DNA from: Adineta vaga
Taxonomy: Eukaryota; Animalia; Rotifera
Reading direction: 5' to 3'
NCBI GenBank assembly: GCA_021613535.1
Contig: CP075493.1
Span: forward strand, 4,898,001-4,962,000
Length of the DNA stretch: 64,000 nucleotides
In this document: positions 36,640 to 50,993 of the stretch, one piece after another
Position numbering within the stretch: the first letter of the stretch is position 1
How the letters are laid out: every line of letters starts with the position of its first letter
Made by a program: the position numbers and the translations under genes
Notes under the pieces: generated by a model
What the model saw: only the letters and a program-made list of their open reading frames with translations
What the model was told of the DNA's origin: nothing
The model's database searches: none

Positions 36640-39600
36640 AACAATGTTTCCTTGAATATTATCCATGTTCCACATCTCTGATAGCTACTAAATGTTGCAC
36701 TAAATATGATTGTAAGAAAATTGCAGATGACTTGTTTAAATGTGTCGACCGAATAACAAGTAAGACTTTTATTAATTAAGTATACGAACATTCTAATTAA
36801 TGTACCACTATAATTAATGATTAAAAAATTAAACCTTTTCTAATGCTATCAAATTGTATCACTTCTGTTTTGTCCGTCAGGTACTACCAGCACAACTACT
36901 AAGAGTACAACTTCAAAATCCATAACAACTAGTACAATATCCCAGCTCGTAAAAACCAGTACAACATCCCAGTCAGTAACAACCAGTACAACTAAAACTG
37001 AAACCATAAAAGACCTAAACAGTCCGACTATAACTTCTACTCTGATCACTGTTAGTGCGACAACGAAAAGCATTACTACTGCAAGTACTCAATCAACAAA
37101 TGAAAAAACGATCGGATACGTTAATTTTACGATGGCAAATTCTGTTATAACCAATTCATATACTGCACCCAATATTGCTGCTACAAGTTTAACATCTATA
37201 AGTACTGTAACTGTTAATTACGGATCAGTAACAGAAAATGTATCCGATAGTCAGCAAACAGTACCCATAGAATCTTCAAAATCATACTCAGAAGGACAGT
37301 ATAATAATGAAGTAATAACATATACCATACCAGTTACTGTTTATAATGAGACATCAACTGCAATTAATTCATTATCTAATAATGGTGTTGAAGAAACAAC
37401 TAACGAACAACAGATTCCATCGTCGATATCGACTGATTCGACCGAATCAATGGCATCCCATGGTAAACAAATAAATTCTACAGTATTCACCGATTATCAT
37501 CAAACGGAATCTTATCTTATTGATAATTCAAGTGCTGCTATGTCAATCAACACACAAGAAAACGAAATAGTTTCATCTATAAAAAATGCAGAAATAGCAA
37601 CTTCTAGTGAGACACTACAGACAACATCTGATTTATCTATGTCTTCTAATAGCGGAATCAATGAAGAGATGCAAGGTACATCATCAGTCGGAGCGGAAGG
37701 CGGGCGAACAAAATAGTGAAACAGGATCAGAAATAATAGCAACTACCACTCAGTTCATTACCGACGACAATGGTTCCACATCGATTATAATGCAGCCAGA
37801 TTCCACATCTATTATTGAATATACGCCGATTTCAAATGAGAATGAGACAACCTTGACTACGACTGATGGTAGTATAATAACAACTGATGAAAATATCGAC
37901 GTGTCAAGTAGAACCAACGGTTATTCTACAACAACTATCGCAGCACTATCTACGAAGTCAGGAAACGAACTTTTAGCAAACAATGGAAATTCTGGCGAAA
38001 CATCGACGTCGTCTTCAGCCGATAGTTCGACTATTGATATAACAAATATCGATTCAGTAAGTTCCTCGGCAATATATATCACATCAGCTACTCAAACATC
38101 CATCGTGGAAGAACAAACGACGATTGATTTGTCAACTAATTTTACAGTTGAAGTATCGACGGATATACAGCCAGCATCCTTATCGGTCACAACTCAGACC
38201 ATAACTAGTACATCAATAAGTATGCAAAAAACAACTTCACAGACATCGACACAGTCAAGTAAGAGGATATTTAAATTTATTTTTATATCCCAAGATCTTT
38301 CTCTACAGATGTCAGGTAACTTTTACGATGAACAGTAGTAGTCGGTGAGGTTTTATTTTTCAGATGAAAATCAAAAATGATCCGCTTCCACTAGCTCAAT
38401 TATTCTTGTTAGATCGTATGAGCAGGCAGCTATATTTTTGTTCAGTTCATGAAAATTATACTAGTGTAGAATGCTATCTCACTAACATTATGGAACAAAT
38501 TAGGCATTGAGAGATATTAACAACGAATCAAACATTATGAAGTATGATATTAGACGGAACTGGATGAAGAAAAATTAATTCATCTGAGCGTCAGATTTAA
38601 TAAAATTATACAGTAACAATTCAGTTGTGATACTCTCTTTTTTTATCATTGATAATTCGATTTTAGGCTTGATGTCATGTCTTTCGGTAAATGTTCATTT
38701 TCCCCTACAAAATAGATACTGTCCTTATATCATATACACATACCTTCAATGAGTCATTATGAATCGATTTAGTTTTAATTCCATGTGCAAGTAATGCATA
38801 TTAAAGATGTAGATATAGCAAGACATGTTTCATAAATAAGAAGCATATTATCAAGATTTATGCTATCATATGTCTAGCAAATACTGCATATATATATATA
38901 ATATAATGTATTTTTCTAGTCCCAATATGTTACTCACCGTCGCCACTTACTTCAGTTCACTTCATCTTGACATCATATCAAACAAATATCACCTATCCAT
39001 CTACATATATTGAACAGTTCGTTATTAACTCTCAACCATGTTTCCTGCCCGGTATAATCAGTAACAAAAGCGCCATCCGATTATTATCCAGCAAACAACA
39101 ATATGTGACAATTAATTATCCTATTGATTTTCGCAACATTAGTTTTACGATAAGTACATGGATATATTTGTATGAAAACAACGCACAAATGACTATTTTT
39201 GCTCAATGTGCAGTGGGTGATCAACCAGAATGCTTATATTTTTGCATCACAGATATGAAGGTGTTATTTAGCTTTTCTGGGACATCTATAGCAACTGGTG
39301 GTACTTCTCTGGAAATTAATCGTTGGTATCATGTGACTGCTGTATATAATTATAGTTCTCAAACGCAATCAATATATTTAGATGGTATTCTGAATGGTTA
39401 CAAAAGCAACGCATCATATCAAGGTGCTCCGTATAATATAATAATAGGACAAGGATTGACATCCAATGAAACATATTTTGATGGTTTAATCGATCGAATT
39501 TTGTTTGTCGATCGAGCAATGACTGCAGATGATATATGGCAAACAGCAAATATGTCTGAATATTATACGTTAGATATTTCTTCTGCCACAGATTCCAGCT

Positions 39601-42548
39601 TTACTGAATCCATCAATACTTCAACTCAGTTACTTAATGAGACTTTAAGTTTCGAACCGAATCCGACATCAGATTTATCTACAAATATTCAAGCTCAAAC
39701 AACAGATGAATTCCAATACAATTCATTATTAACATCAATCGAACTAGAAGGAACTACACTAGAAAATAATGAACACACAATCACATCATTATCATCTTCA
39801 TCTAGCCAGTTTACAGAAGAACTAACAATTGCCACAGAAATAACTTCACCGACGCTAACCGTAACGACTCCAGTTTCTACCCAGTTAGAAGAGACTACTC
39901 TCAACGCTAATTCAACAGCGAACGTGTCAATAAATCAAGAACTAGTAACTTCAAGACATCATTTGAAGTCGAAACTGAAACCATGAGCAATGTACAATAC
40001 ACAAATACTGACACGATAAATACTTCATATTCTGAAATTACAACAAGTGACGAACAATTAAGTTCGACATTATTGAGCGAAACACCAATAGACACCACAG
40101 TAGTTGAAGAATTCACAACATCTAATTTGATCAACAGCGCCAATACCTCACAATCAAACGATACAGAGCAGAATCCTCTTCTCACATCGACTACTGTGGA
40201 ACAACCAGTATCAACAACGTCTGACAATATAATCGAAATGACAACAATAATAGATTCCACATAGTACATCTATGACGACAATGCCGGCAACCAATTATCC
40301 GGAATCGGCCGCGAAGGGAAAACTTCCACGTCAACTAGCACTGAATCGACGATGAAACCATCAACAAGTGATCAACAAACAACCTCATTTGTATTATCAT
40401 CAACACCACCACAAGTCGACACTGCTGAGAACACTGACAATGAACCTGCATCATCCACCGCGTTCATTGATTTCACTAGTATAACACCAATCGATGCAGA
40501 GCAAAGTTCAGAATCGACGTCTACAAATACCGCAATAGAGTCCTCAACTACTGGTGAACAAAGTACTCCAATATCACCTATAATAATTACATCTACTGAG
40601 ACTACTGATAATCAATCGATAACAGTTGATCAATCTAATGCATCTAATTTACCCGACAACATCAGTACTATATCAACGAACGACACAGAACAAAGTTTTT
40701 CCTCTACATCGACTGAATCTCAAACAGAAGTATCTTTTACTGACCAGCAGGAACGTCTTACGACTTAACAGAAGGTATAACAACAATCAATCAAGATACC
40801 ACGTCTTATTTGATTGATGACACTAGCACTGGATCCGTGACAGAAACATATACAATGGAAGTTCAGACTAATAAAACCAGCAACAGTGAGTCGTTAACTT
40901 CAATGTCTTCTATTGAATCATCAAACTATGGAACATCCAGTCCAATTGGCAATATGAGCACTAGTATAACATCAACCGCGCATATAAATTTATCATCAAC
41001 GTCAGTTGATTCAGAAACTGAAACAACGCAGTACAACGTACAAACAACAACTTCAAAGAAACCTTCACCGTCAGGTAAGATAATATTTCAAAATGAATTT
41101 AACCTGATAGATCTGGTGTAAAACATTACAAATTGAAGTCATCATTACGGAATGAGTGTTATTTATTTTGATAGGAAGAATATCTAGGATCTATTCGATT
41201 ATGAACACAGCAATAATATCGATTACTAATTAACTATTATTTGTTTCTTTTTCTAGGTCCAGCATGTTATTCACCTTCATCACTTACGGCAGCGCACTTC
41301 ATTCTTTCATTAAATGAAATGAATGTCACTTATTCAGCTACATATTTTGAAAATCTACTTCCTAACGTGCAACCATGTTTTTTTCCTGGTGTCGTTGGTG
41401 AAACAAGTGCTATTCGATTGTTATCTGCTATGAAACAATATGTTAGTATTATTTATCCATTTGATTTTCGTCAGACTAGTTTCACGATTAGTACATGGAT
41501 ATATCTATACAGTTATCCACTAGAAATGACTATTTTATCTCAATGTTCAAATCAAGAACAATCGCAATGTTTATCTGTACGCATTGCAAGAAACAAAATG
41601 TTATTTAGTTTTTTTGGATCAAATACAATTGGTAATACTAAATTGCAACTGAAGCATTGGCATCACGTAGCATTCGTATACAGTTATCATTCTCAAACTC
41701 AATTAATATATCTGGATGGTGTTTTCAATGGTCGTGGAAGTGGAGAAATTTATTTAGGTGATCAATATAATATCACAATAGGTGGAATATCAGATATAGC
41801 TGAAACATATTTCGATGGTTTAATCGATCAAATCTTACTTATTAATCGAGCAATGAGTGCAAATGAAGTTCTAAAAGAAGCTTCCTTATGTGCCTATTAT
41901 CCATTTAATAATTCAACTGAATTAGATCCTGGACCTAATAGAATTAAATGTACGGCAACGAATGTATTACTAACAGATGGAGTTTTTCATAAAAGTCTTT
42001 TGCTTTCTGCAATAAATTATCTGTCCTATTTTCAAGCTCATCGTTTTTTTCTTCTTGGCGTTTCTCAACATTCCTATGCATTTTCATGTTGGATTCGACT
42101 TTCTCAAACTCACAATAGTGGTAGTATTGTCTATGCTACATCAGACAATCGCTGGTGTTCACCTATGCTTGGTTTTAATCGACATGGACAAATAGTTGCA
42201 CAAAGTTCCGATGGAATGATTCGAGAAATTATTGGACGTAATCTATTAATCAATACATGGGCTCATATTGCTCTAACTTATGAATATGGTCAATACTTGC
42301 ATCTTTATCAAGATGGATTATTAATTGATAAAACTGGTCCATTCAATTATGCAATAAATGGATTACCAGTAGCTTTAACTTTAGGATTTTTAAATCATCA
42401 AGCTGATTGTCATACACAATCAATTGTACCAGGTCCTTTCAATGGAGCTATTGATGATTTTCAAGTCTATTCAAGACATTTAAGTGATATAGATATTCGA
42501 CAAATAATGCAAATACCTGGAACAATCATGCATTCATTTAATAATTAA
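36640..42548 (+). pseudogene. Knottin-like module + Ser/Thr mucin stalks + three LamG/ConA-like domains; reading frame broken several times in the stalks (pseudogene or consensus errors)
   Basis: Exon near 36640-36759 reads QCFLEYYPCSTSLIATKCCTKYDCKKIADDLFKC. An S/T-rich exon spans 36881-38258. The exon 38920-41075 has SFTISTWIY...NRWYHV..VY...IYLDG...YFDGLID followed by S/T-rich sequence. The last exon 41257-42548 has two LamG repeats. Frame changes occur near 37700, 39950, 40260, 40315 and 40750. The first coding exon was not located. Confidence 0.7.
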
Positions 42549-45204
42549 CAATATGAACTGTTTTCTTTGATAAATTTTCTGTATTCTTCTCTATTCTATT
42601 CAAAAGACAAGAGAATACATCATTTTGATATTAAACAAATCAAGTAAGTATTAATTTCAAATTTTTACATATATATATCTTTCTTTTTTTTAAGACAAAT
42701 TAAACAATCAATACATAAACAATTAAAAAAACAAAAAGTATGACTTTCTACCTATTTGAAATAGATAGGATAAATAAGAAACATATTGTTTCTGTTTTCT
42801 ATTCTATGTTAAGATCTCTATGGTATCAAAATGTACGTAGAATAAAACACAATCACTAGTACTAATCAATTACAATACATATTGTTTTCAACAACTCAAT
42901 CGAACAAGCAAAAATTCTAGTAAATGCAAATTGATGATCTATAATTATCTATTTTTGTTCTTATAAATAAAATATATTAACAAGAAACGCTGAATGTACA
43001 GATATTTCACGGAGTGAAAAGTATTATAGTTTTATTGTTATTGTAGCTTTCTTCTATTGAATCAATATGAAGTTTATATCATTAGTAATATATGTTGATA
43101 GATATTGAGAAAGAAATTATTGCTTCTACGACCTTGTTTATAAAGACAAATGCATGATTGTCCTCGAAAGAAAATATAATAATTATTCAATAAAATACAA
43201 TTGAGATTTTCAATTGTTTATTAACCTCGATTTGTTTAATTAGAAGACAAGAGAAGTAATTATTTCGTTCAACTCTTTTTATCTTTATCATTCATTGATT
43301 TCGATTTTAATTGTCATATAAAATCTATTTTATCTTGACAAAACAATTCAATGGTAAATTTTTTCATTAGTTTGTATGAAGACAAAACAATTTAATGATA
43401 AGTTATGCTTTATTTCCCGTTTCGATTAGTTGAATTAGAAGGTTTCAATGATTTTTCTTACAGTTATATATCGATCATATTGTTCTTTAATTCGTTTCAA
43501 TAAATAACACATCATATACTATATGAGAGAGAAAGAAGAGAATTCGAAGAGTAGAAGAATGTCAAAGGGTGATAGACAAGTGTTCAAGTGAGCGTAATCG
43601 AGCGGCAGATTCGTTTGTTGATCTTGAGGGGTGTATATGTATGTGTGTGTGTGTGTCGGTTAGCCAGAGGGCTCACTGACAAGATGACCAAGTGTGTCAC
43701 AGTACTTTCTAATTGAATTCGATTTGTCTCTTTTTCTATTAAACTTATGTACAACTATTTCTTTTTTATAGGTTTTTTTTTGTCATTCATTTACATCCAT
43801 ATACTTTTACTTTTATTCGTAAATGAGACCAATTAGTGCATAAGAATAGATTCATTGTAGTTGTATGTTAAAAGACACGCTCGGTGAGCACAATCGCTAT
43901 TATTTGTCTATCTAGATATGTAGATATATATACATTCATGTTAAATGATGAGAAGAGCTAGACATTGAAAAAGAAAAAAATTTTCTTTTAATGTATGAGA
44001 GTGTGTGTGTGTTTGTCTACTATTTGTCTTTATAAGTAGAAGATGCATCTAATCACATACTGTCACAGTATTCCGGATTCCGCATTTTTGATTCTAATAG
44101 GTGTTGAAATGAATAAATGATGACTATACTCGTCTGTTCTCTTTCCATTAAAAGCCAACGTAATATAGTCATTACTTGAGAATAAGAAACATTTCTCACC
44201 TCTTCTTCGATTTAATATCTCGCCGATAGGGTACAACATGTCGGCATAGACATTAAACGTTTTTTCTATCTCAATTTGTTTTTTTTTAATCTCTAACGAG
44301 ACAATCATTTATGAGCACAATCTGTTTTGATTCCGATCGGAAATGATATAGATATCGAGTTTATTCTTTTCTTTTTCTTTTACTACTTGACAAAAGCAAG
44401 AGTCTAGTGAGTAAAAAAAATCATCGTTTCTAATCTATCACAATCATCGAACTATTGACACACATCATGTGTCTAAATTGCTGAGAAACGAGTCATCTGG
44501 ACTAGAGAAAAAAATGAAAGAAAGAAAGAAAGAAGAAAAACAGAAGGGAAATGAACTTTGTGTGTTCAATTAAATCTAGACGAAATGACGAGTATGTTAA
44601 AATTACCAGCATCTCACTCTCCTGCTGTGTCGGAAAATGATCAACTGTTATTATACTGATGTAATAATTAATACAGCTGCTCAGAAGTTTATTTTATAGT
44701 CTTTAAGACGATAGAGACGGCAAAAGATAAAACGTATCTCTCACTTGAAAAAACCACAGGACTACTGGTTTCTTTGTCTTCTTCATTTTTTTTCCATCTC
44801 TCTGTCTTCTCTCTGCTTCATTTTGCCTAGCAGCCAAATGCTGATTGATGTTGCGCCTTGTTGAACGCGAAATGAAGCGAGACAGTTGGAGTTTGTTTCT
44901 TTTCTTTGTTGCAATGACAAAACACAACGAAAAGAGAGAAATAGAAGAAAAAGTGATCGATTTGTCTGCACCGATAACGCTTCAATGTGCATACAATCTT
45001 CTGATCAGGTTTCTTCTTTCGAAATTCGAGTAGTTTAGTTGTTCTTAGATTTGTATAAACAAACGAGAAAGAGAAAAAAAGAAAACGAAGAAGAAATAGA
45101 AGAAGAAGAAAATATATTCACCAATCCCGACAATTTTCTTTATATTTGTTTTAGAAAAAAAAAGAAGAAGAAGATAGATACATGAATGTTTAAAGTTCAA
45201 AAAA

Positions 45205-46135
45205 TTATTGTATTTTACCAGGTAAAAGTGCTTGTGGTCGATGAATTTTTTCTGTTGATGTACCGAAATGATAATGATTTGCAGAATTATTTGATGAGGC
45301 TGTTGATGATGAAGGAGATGAAACACTCGGTGGTGATGATGACGAAGTTGCGACAGCAGCTGCTGCTAAACTGGCTGATAGCATACTACTATATGGATAA
45401 TGTGTGGAAAATGCGGCAGCATAGGCAAGTGGATTATAAGCAAGTGCTGCAGTAGAAAAATCATTTAATTTTCCTGTTGAATATGGATAAAGAGAACTGG
45501 GATGTGGTGGAGGTAATAAGGATCGACATTTTTCCAAATTCAATGCAAAGGAGTCATTAAATTGTTGTTGAACAGATAGAGTATCAGTTGTTGAATGTGT
45601 CGATAAATCCATTGAATCTTTATTTGATAACATCTGATGATGAGAATGAAGATGATGGTGATGATGTGGTGGAGGAGGAAATGTGGGAAATGGAAATGGA
45701 AAACGATCTTTCTTTATTAAAGATTTCGGTTTACGACGCGGACGATATTTATAATCCGGATGGTCTTTCATATGTAGTGCACGTAAACGTTTTGCTTCAT
45801 CAATAAATGGACGTTTTTGTTCGTCGTTTAATAATTTCCAGTCAACACCTAAACGACGACTTATTTCACTATTATGCATTTTAGGATTTTCTTGAGCCAT
45901 TTTTCGACGTTGTCCTCGAGACCAAACCATAAATGCATTCATTGGTCGTTTGATATGTTCAGACATTGGATTATTGGATGTAGATGATGCAGATGGAGAC
46001 GATTTATTGATTATATGTGGATGTTGAACATTGAATAGATGAGCTTTAAGGAGAGAAAAAAAAGGAATATGAATTGCAAAGGAATTTACTTCGTCTTCTC
46101 TCTTTTTTTTTCTTCAAAGAGTACTTACACATCAT
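45205..46135 (-). CDS. SoxB2: SoxB2-type (Sox14/Sox21-like) HMG-box transcription factor
   Basis: Reads [33 protein letters not shown]...[24 protein letters not shown]; the H-I/V-KRP and RRKPK patterns are group B2 signatures. A 7-nt first exon (46135-46129) spliced to 46043 extends the ORF in frame. Confidence 0.93.
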
Positions 46136-46997
46136 GGTTGAATAATGATGATAATAAATGAGTCAATCGGAGTTTTTCTTTAAAGAAATAAAAATAAAAG
46201 CACAGTAAAAGAAACACACAAGATTCTTTTTTTCTTGTCATATATAATAAAAGAAACAGGTTCTCTCTTTCTCTATTCGATGAAAGCCTATTATATTATT
46301 CGACGAGGGAGAAAAAAGAGAGCAATGAAAATAGTTTTCTCTTCTCTTCTTCTTTTTCTTGTTCTCTCTATGTATATACAAAGCGAAGCATAATGACTTG
46401 AACTATGTGCTGTGCACACTAATAAAAGAAGGAAAAAGAGAAGAAGAAGAAGAAAAGGAGGAGGCTTTTATTTGTCGTTCTCGTCGCCGCTCAAAAAGTG
46501 TTATTCAAATAGAGACAGCCAAGTGGAAGAGCGAACGAGCGAGCAATAATAATAAAAGTAATAATAATAACAACAACAACAGCAGCTACCATCTATTTCT
46601 TCCCTCCAATGGAAATTAAAGAATAGAAACGAACAAGAGAGAAAGCGCAAGAAAATTAAAAATCGTCATTGGCTATTCATTGCGCTTCTTTGCGCTTTTT
46701 TCTTTTCTTTTCTTTTCTTTTATTCTATTCTATTCTATTCTGTTGCTTGCTCGGAAGCGAAAAAGAGTGGCGGCGCCCAACAACAAAACGATTACAATAT
46801 GTGTCTATTGGTCTTTGAATAAGAAAAAAAGAAAAGAAAAGAAAAGAAAAGAGAGAAGAGAGAAAGAACAATTCAAGCTGTATGTGTATGTGTGTGTGTG
46901 TGTAATAATGAAGGTTTGCATCAATCGTACTCTCAAATGGTACATAAGAAAAAGAAAAATAGAGACGAAAGTAAAGAGAAATATTATTAATCGAATG

Positions 46998-47002
46998 CAT
47001 AC

Positions 47003-47035
<33 letters not shown>

Positions 47036-47043
47036 TATATACA
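46998..47043. repeat. (ATATAC)n / (AT)n microsatellite
   Basis: Sequence catacatacatatacatatacatatacatatacatatatatat. Confidence 0.85.
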
Positions 47044-49883
47044 TTGATCATTAGCTTGTTTCGATTACCTGAGTAAAACGTGTAAAGTAGGACAATGAAA
47101 GGAGAAAAAAAAGAAAAGAAAAGACGATGAATGAGAAGAATCCAAATAAATTAAATTCGCAATTTATCCATCTCATCAACGGCGGCTTCTTTCCAATCAA
47201 TGTTATTTTCTTCTTGTTTAAGAATTTAAAATCCAGTCTATGAATATAGTTCTCATCCTACTAATCCTCACTCATCCATCAATTACAAGTGCGGTTCTCT
47301 TCGTTTGATGAATATTGTACAAGTTGTTGTTATTGTTATTATTCTGATTACTGTTATTTAGTCTCCTCTCCATATTAACATTTTTAAAATTAACTTCATT
47401 CAAACGTTTAGAATTTGCTTGCGTAATGATTGATTGATTGATTGATTGCTAGCTATATATTTATATCAATTTAAGTGATGATTGAACTTGCACAGATCTC
47501 TAGACACTTTTTATCTAAGCAAAACTCTCGGCTGGAAAGTACAATTCGTTGTCGAGTGGAAAAAGAAGGAGAGAGAGAAAGATGAAGACGACGAGTTGAA
47601 CGGAAGTAAGCATCGAAAGACGGTTAGCAGCGGAAGCGACTTATTTAGCGTCGACAAAGAAATTACAGTTCTCTCTTCTTTGCTTCTTCTTATTCAGTGG
47701 CGAGCAAGAATAATAGAATAATCATAAAGCCCGGGCGCACATACACACGCGTATTGATGTTGTTTGCCTGACCACACACTAGTGAGCTAGCGCGTCTCAC
47801 CAATTACGGGTCTATTCAACAGTCAATGATCCTGTAAGAAAAAAAGAAGAGGAAGATGATGCGAGACAGAGAACGTGACGATATGTATGTATTTATGTAT
47901 GGCTGTAATCAAATTGCGTTTGGACACACAGCTTCAGGCTGTTGTAATTGGTTTGAAGAGTGCGGATAGAAAATGATGACTGCTAGTAATCATGAATGAA
48001 GTTGATTGATTATTATTATTTCTTTTTCAAGCCTCAAGGGGTACCACATTGATACTTCTCGTTTTCTTTTTCTCTTATATACATTGGTCTCTCGTGTCAA
48101 CATGAACCATGCGGCAAAATATAAACAATTTGTATACTTATATATACATGGCAAGCAAGCATCAATGACAACATCCAACGAGCAGCCAAGTGGGCGAATA
48201 ATCATTAAATTAAAAAAAAAGACGAAGAAATAATATGAAATGCAAAATTTTTCCGTTCGTTTTCTTTCTTCATCGACTACCTTTTGCTGTACTAATATTG
48301 ATTAGAATATGATGTTTACCATTTTATTCTCTAATCTGTTCAATATATGTTCAATGACTTAATCATATTGAAGAAAATATGTTGAGAAAGTTCGACTCCT
48401 CCTTTTTCTTTACTTTATTTCTTTTCTAATCCATCTCTAGATGATTGTCACACACCATCTCGTTTTCGATCATTAGTGAGGTTTCTATTTGTTTGTTGGT
48501 TGGACGATGTTTGTATGTGATCGACACTATGTATATGTATCGAATGGGAAAGAAAGATTAGACGAGAGAAAATTTGACACCTGCAACGATTGATGATCAG
48601 TTTCAATACGATAAGAAATCATATTCGTTGACGAAATGTTTAAACAAGACGACACGACTGTATATATGTATATGTATATATAGAATGATTTTATTGGTAC
48701 TGATGTGATTAGATATGCATGATTGAACATTTCTCTTCCACAAATAATACTATACAACTCATTCACTTGATTATAATGACAAAGTTAATTGATCGAAGAA
48801 TACGCCTACCATCATAGAGACGAATGACAGGTGTTTGGATTGATCTGAAAAGAAACAGAAGTTCCATTGATTTCTTCTGACTATGTCAACTTTTCAACAA
48901 GATTGAAATCGTTTCTAAAGTTTCATCATTTACTTTCCTAGTGGTACTCAGTTCTTGAAAAAGTGTAACTTATGATTTCTTTGTTTAACCTTGTCGAATA
49001 AAAGCAAATTCCTTGAGTAGTTTATAATTTTCAAGTTCAATCGAATAACTGCTGACTATTCTCACTCACTCACTCACTCACTCACTCTTCAAAGGTTTCA
49101 TCCATTTTTATGATTGGTGATTTTTCTTGATAATATTAAAACAGATGTCTTTCCGCTTGTTCAGACAAGTATGTATGTCCTAATGATTTGAATTTCATAA
49201 TTTGAATTAATCTATTAATGTAGAAAAAATGACATTCTTTTTTTTCCTTCTATTCTCTCTTTTAAGTAAATGATCATCTATTCGATTGGTATGTCATTGA
49301 TTTCTCATAAACTTCGAAGAAGAAAAAATTGTTCTTTTCGATTAAAATCTAATCTGTTTAAAAAAAAGAACGGAATCAATGAATAATTGTTGATTTTAAA
49401 ACTGATGATTGCTTTTGCTCTATGTATATTGAACATTCTTGATTCTGTTTATTTGAAAGATATGATTATCATGGCCAGAAGGTGTCATTCTTCGATTAAT
49501 AAACAATAGAATTCAATGATGAACTTTTTATGTACTCTTATCTTTAACTAGTTTTCGTCTTATAACACTTGAAAATAAATCGACGAATGTTTGTTATAGA
49601 GCAAAAGATAATCAAGAAAACGATGTCATATATATTAATAATATACATGATCACCTTTATTTGATCGTATATTTATATAGTGAAGGGCAAGTATTTTGTT
49701 ATATTATTGAATTTAATGTATAATACAAAAGAAAAATGGGCGGTATTCAATATTGTAAAGAGAATGATTTGAAAGAATACAATTGAGAGTTTATTTGTTC
49801 GTCCGTCATGCATATGTACGATTAAATACGTTGATAGTTATATTATAAGTCTTGTATTTGACAAGATTTTAACCGATATCATT

Positions 49884-50993
49884 TTATAATAAATATGTGA
49901 CTAACAAGAAGAGAATAGAGGAAATGAATGAAATTGATATGGATCTTTCTGATATAGTTCCGGTATTCATTGCAGAAATTGTTTCATTTGAAATGTTTTG
50001 AAATGATGTTGATATTTCTCCGATTACTGTTGATATTGTCGATGTTACTGTTGTTGTTGTTGTTGTCGTCGGAAAAGAAACTAACGAATTAATGAATGGT
50101 ATGAAATGAGACACTCGTGTATAGATGCCAGGTTTTCCTTCTTCTGCGCATCCGTCACCAAATGATGTTATACCTGCTAAAATCCATCGATTATTAACGA
50201 AAGACATTAATGGTCCACCACTATCTCCTTGACAAGTATCTAAGAGATAAAGAAAGTATGAAAATAGTATCGAAGAAATGTAGCGTAAAAATTTACCTTT
50301 TCCACCTTCGGGAATTCCTGCACAGAACTGTACACTTGAATTTGTCATATGTGAATTTTGACATTCTTCTGATGATGATGAATAAGCTTGAACTGTTACT
50401 TGTCGAAGATAATTTGATACGGGTGCAGAGCTACTTGCGAAAGTTACTCCCCAACCAATAGCTACAAGACTTGTATTGACTTGAAATGGATCTTGATTTT
50501 CGGATGGTAAACAAATAAAACGTATTTTTGATGATGATGATGATGAAATATTCAATGGTTCAAACTGAATAATACCAATGTCATTCGAAAAATCATCTAG
50601 ATAGCCCAAATTATAATTTGGATGCATAGTAGCTTTAATAATCGTTCTTCGTTGTATTGTCGGACTTGATTTATCTTTCAAATAATTTGTGCCAACAAGA
50701 ATAGATAAGCTATTTATATTATTTAGAAAATCTTGAAGACAATGAGCAGCTGTTACAGCATATTCAGATGTAAGAAGGCTTGCACCACATTGATGACTAC
50801 CTGAATATTGCAAAGAAGCTATCCAATTCCATGTATAATTAGACGCGATTTCTCCGCCAATAACTTTTGCTGTTACTACACTCTGTGACGTTGAACAACC
50901 GCATGATATCTGTGGATCACATGAATATGTAGTTGTTGAAATTGAATTAATAACAGAAAATAAAGTAAATATGAATAAAAACATTCTAAACAT
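49884..50993 (-). CDS. Trypsin-like (S1A) serine protease with Thr-rich stalk and GPI-like tail; single 57-nt intron (50240-50296)
   Basis: Signal peptide, then SCGCS, K|VIGG, CGASL, VTAAHC, NDIGI, GGK|DTCQGDSGGPL and PGIYTRVS. Confidence 0.93.
   Translation of the reverse strand: MFRMFLFIFTLFSVINSISTTTYSCDPQISCGCSTSQSVVTAKVIGGEIASNYTWNWIASLQYSGSHQCGASLLTSEYAVTAAHCLQDFLNNINSLSILVGTNYLKDKSSPTIQRRTIIKATMHPNYNLGYLDDFSNDIGIIQFEPLNISSSSSSKIRFICLPSENQDPFQVNTSLVAIGWGVTFASSSAPVSNYLRQVTVQAYSSSSEECQNSHMTNSSVQFCAGIPEGGKGKFLRYISSILFSYFLYLLDTCQGDSGGPLMSFVNNRWILAGITSFGDGCAEEGKPGIYTRVSHFIPFINSLVSFPTTTTTTTVTSTISTVIGEISTSFQNISNETISAMNTGTISERSISISFISSILFLLVTYLL

Noticed and set aside
46680-47054. ORFs with YIYIYI / MYMYMY repeats
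   Set aside because: Translations of microsatellites and A/T tracts upstream of SoxB2.
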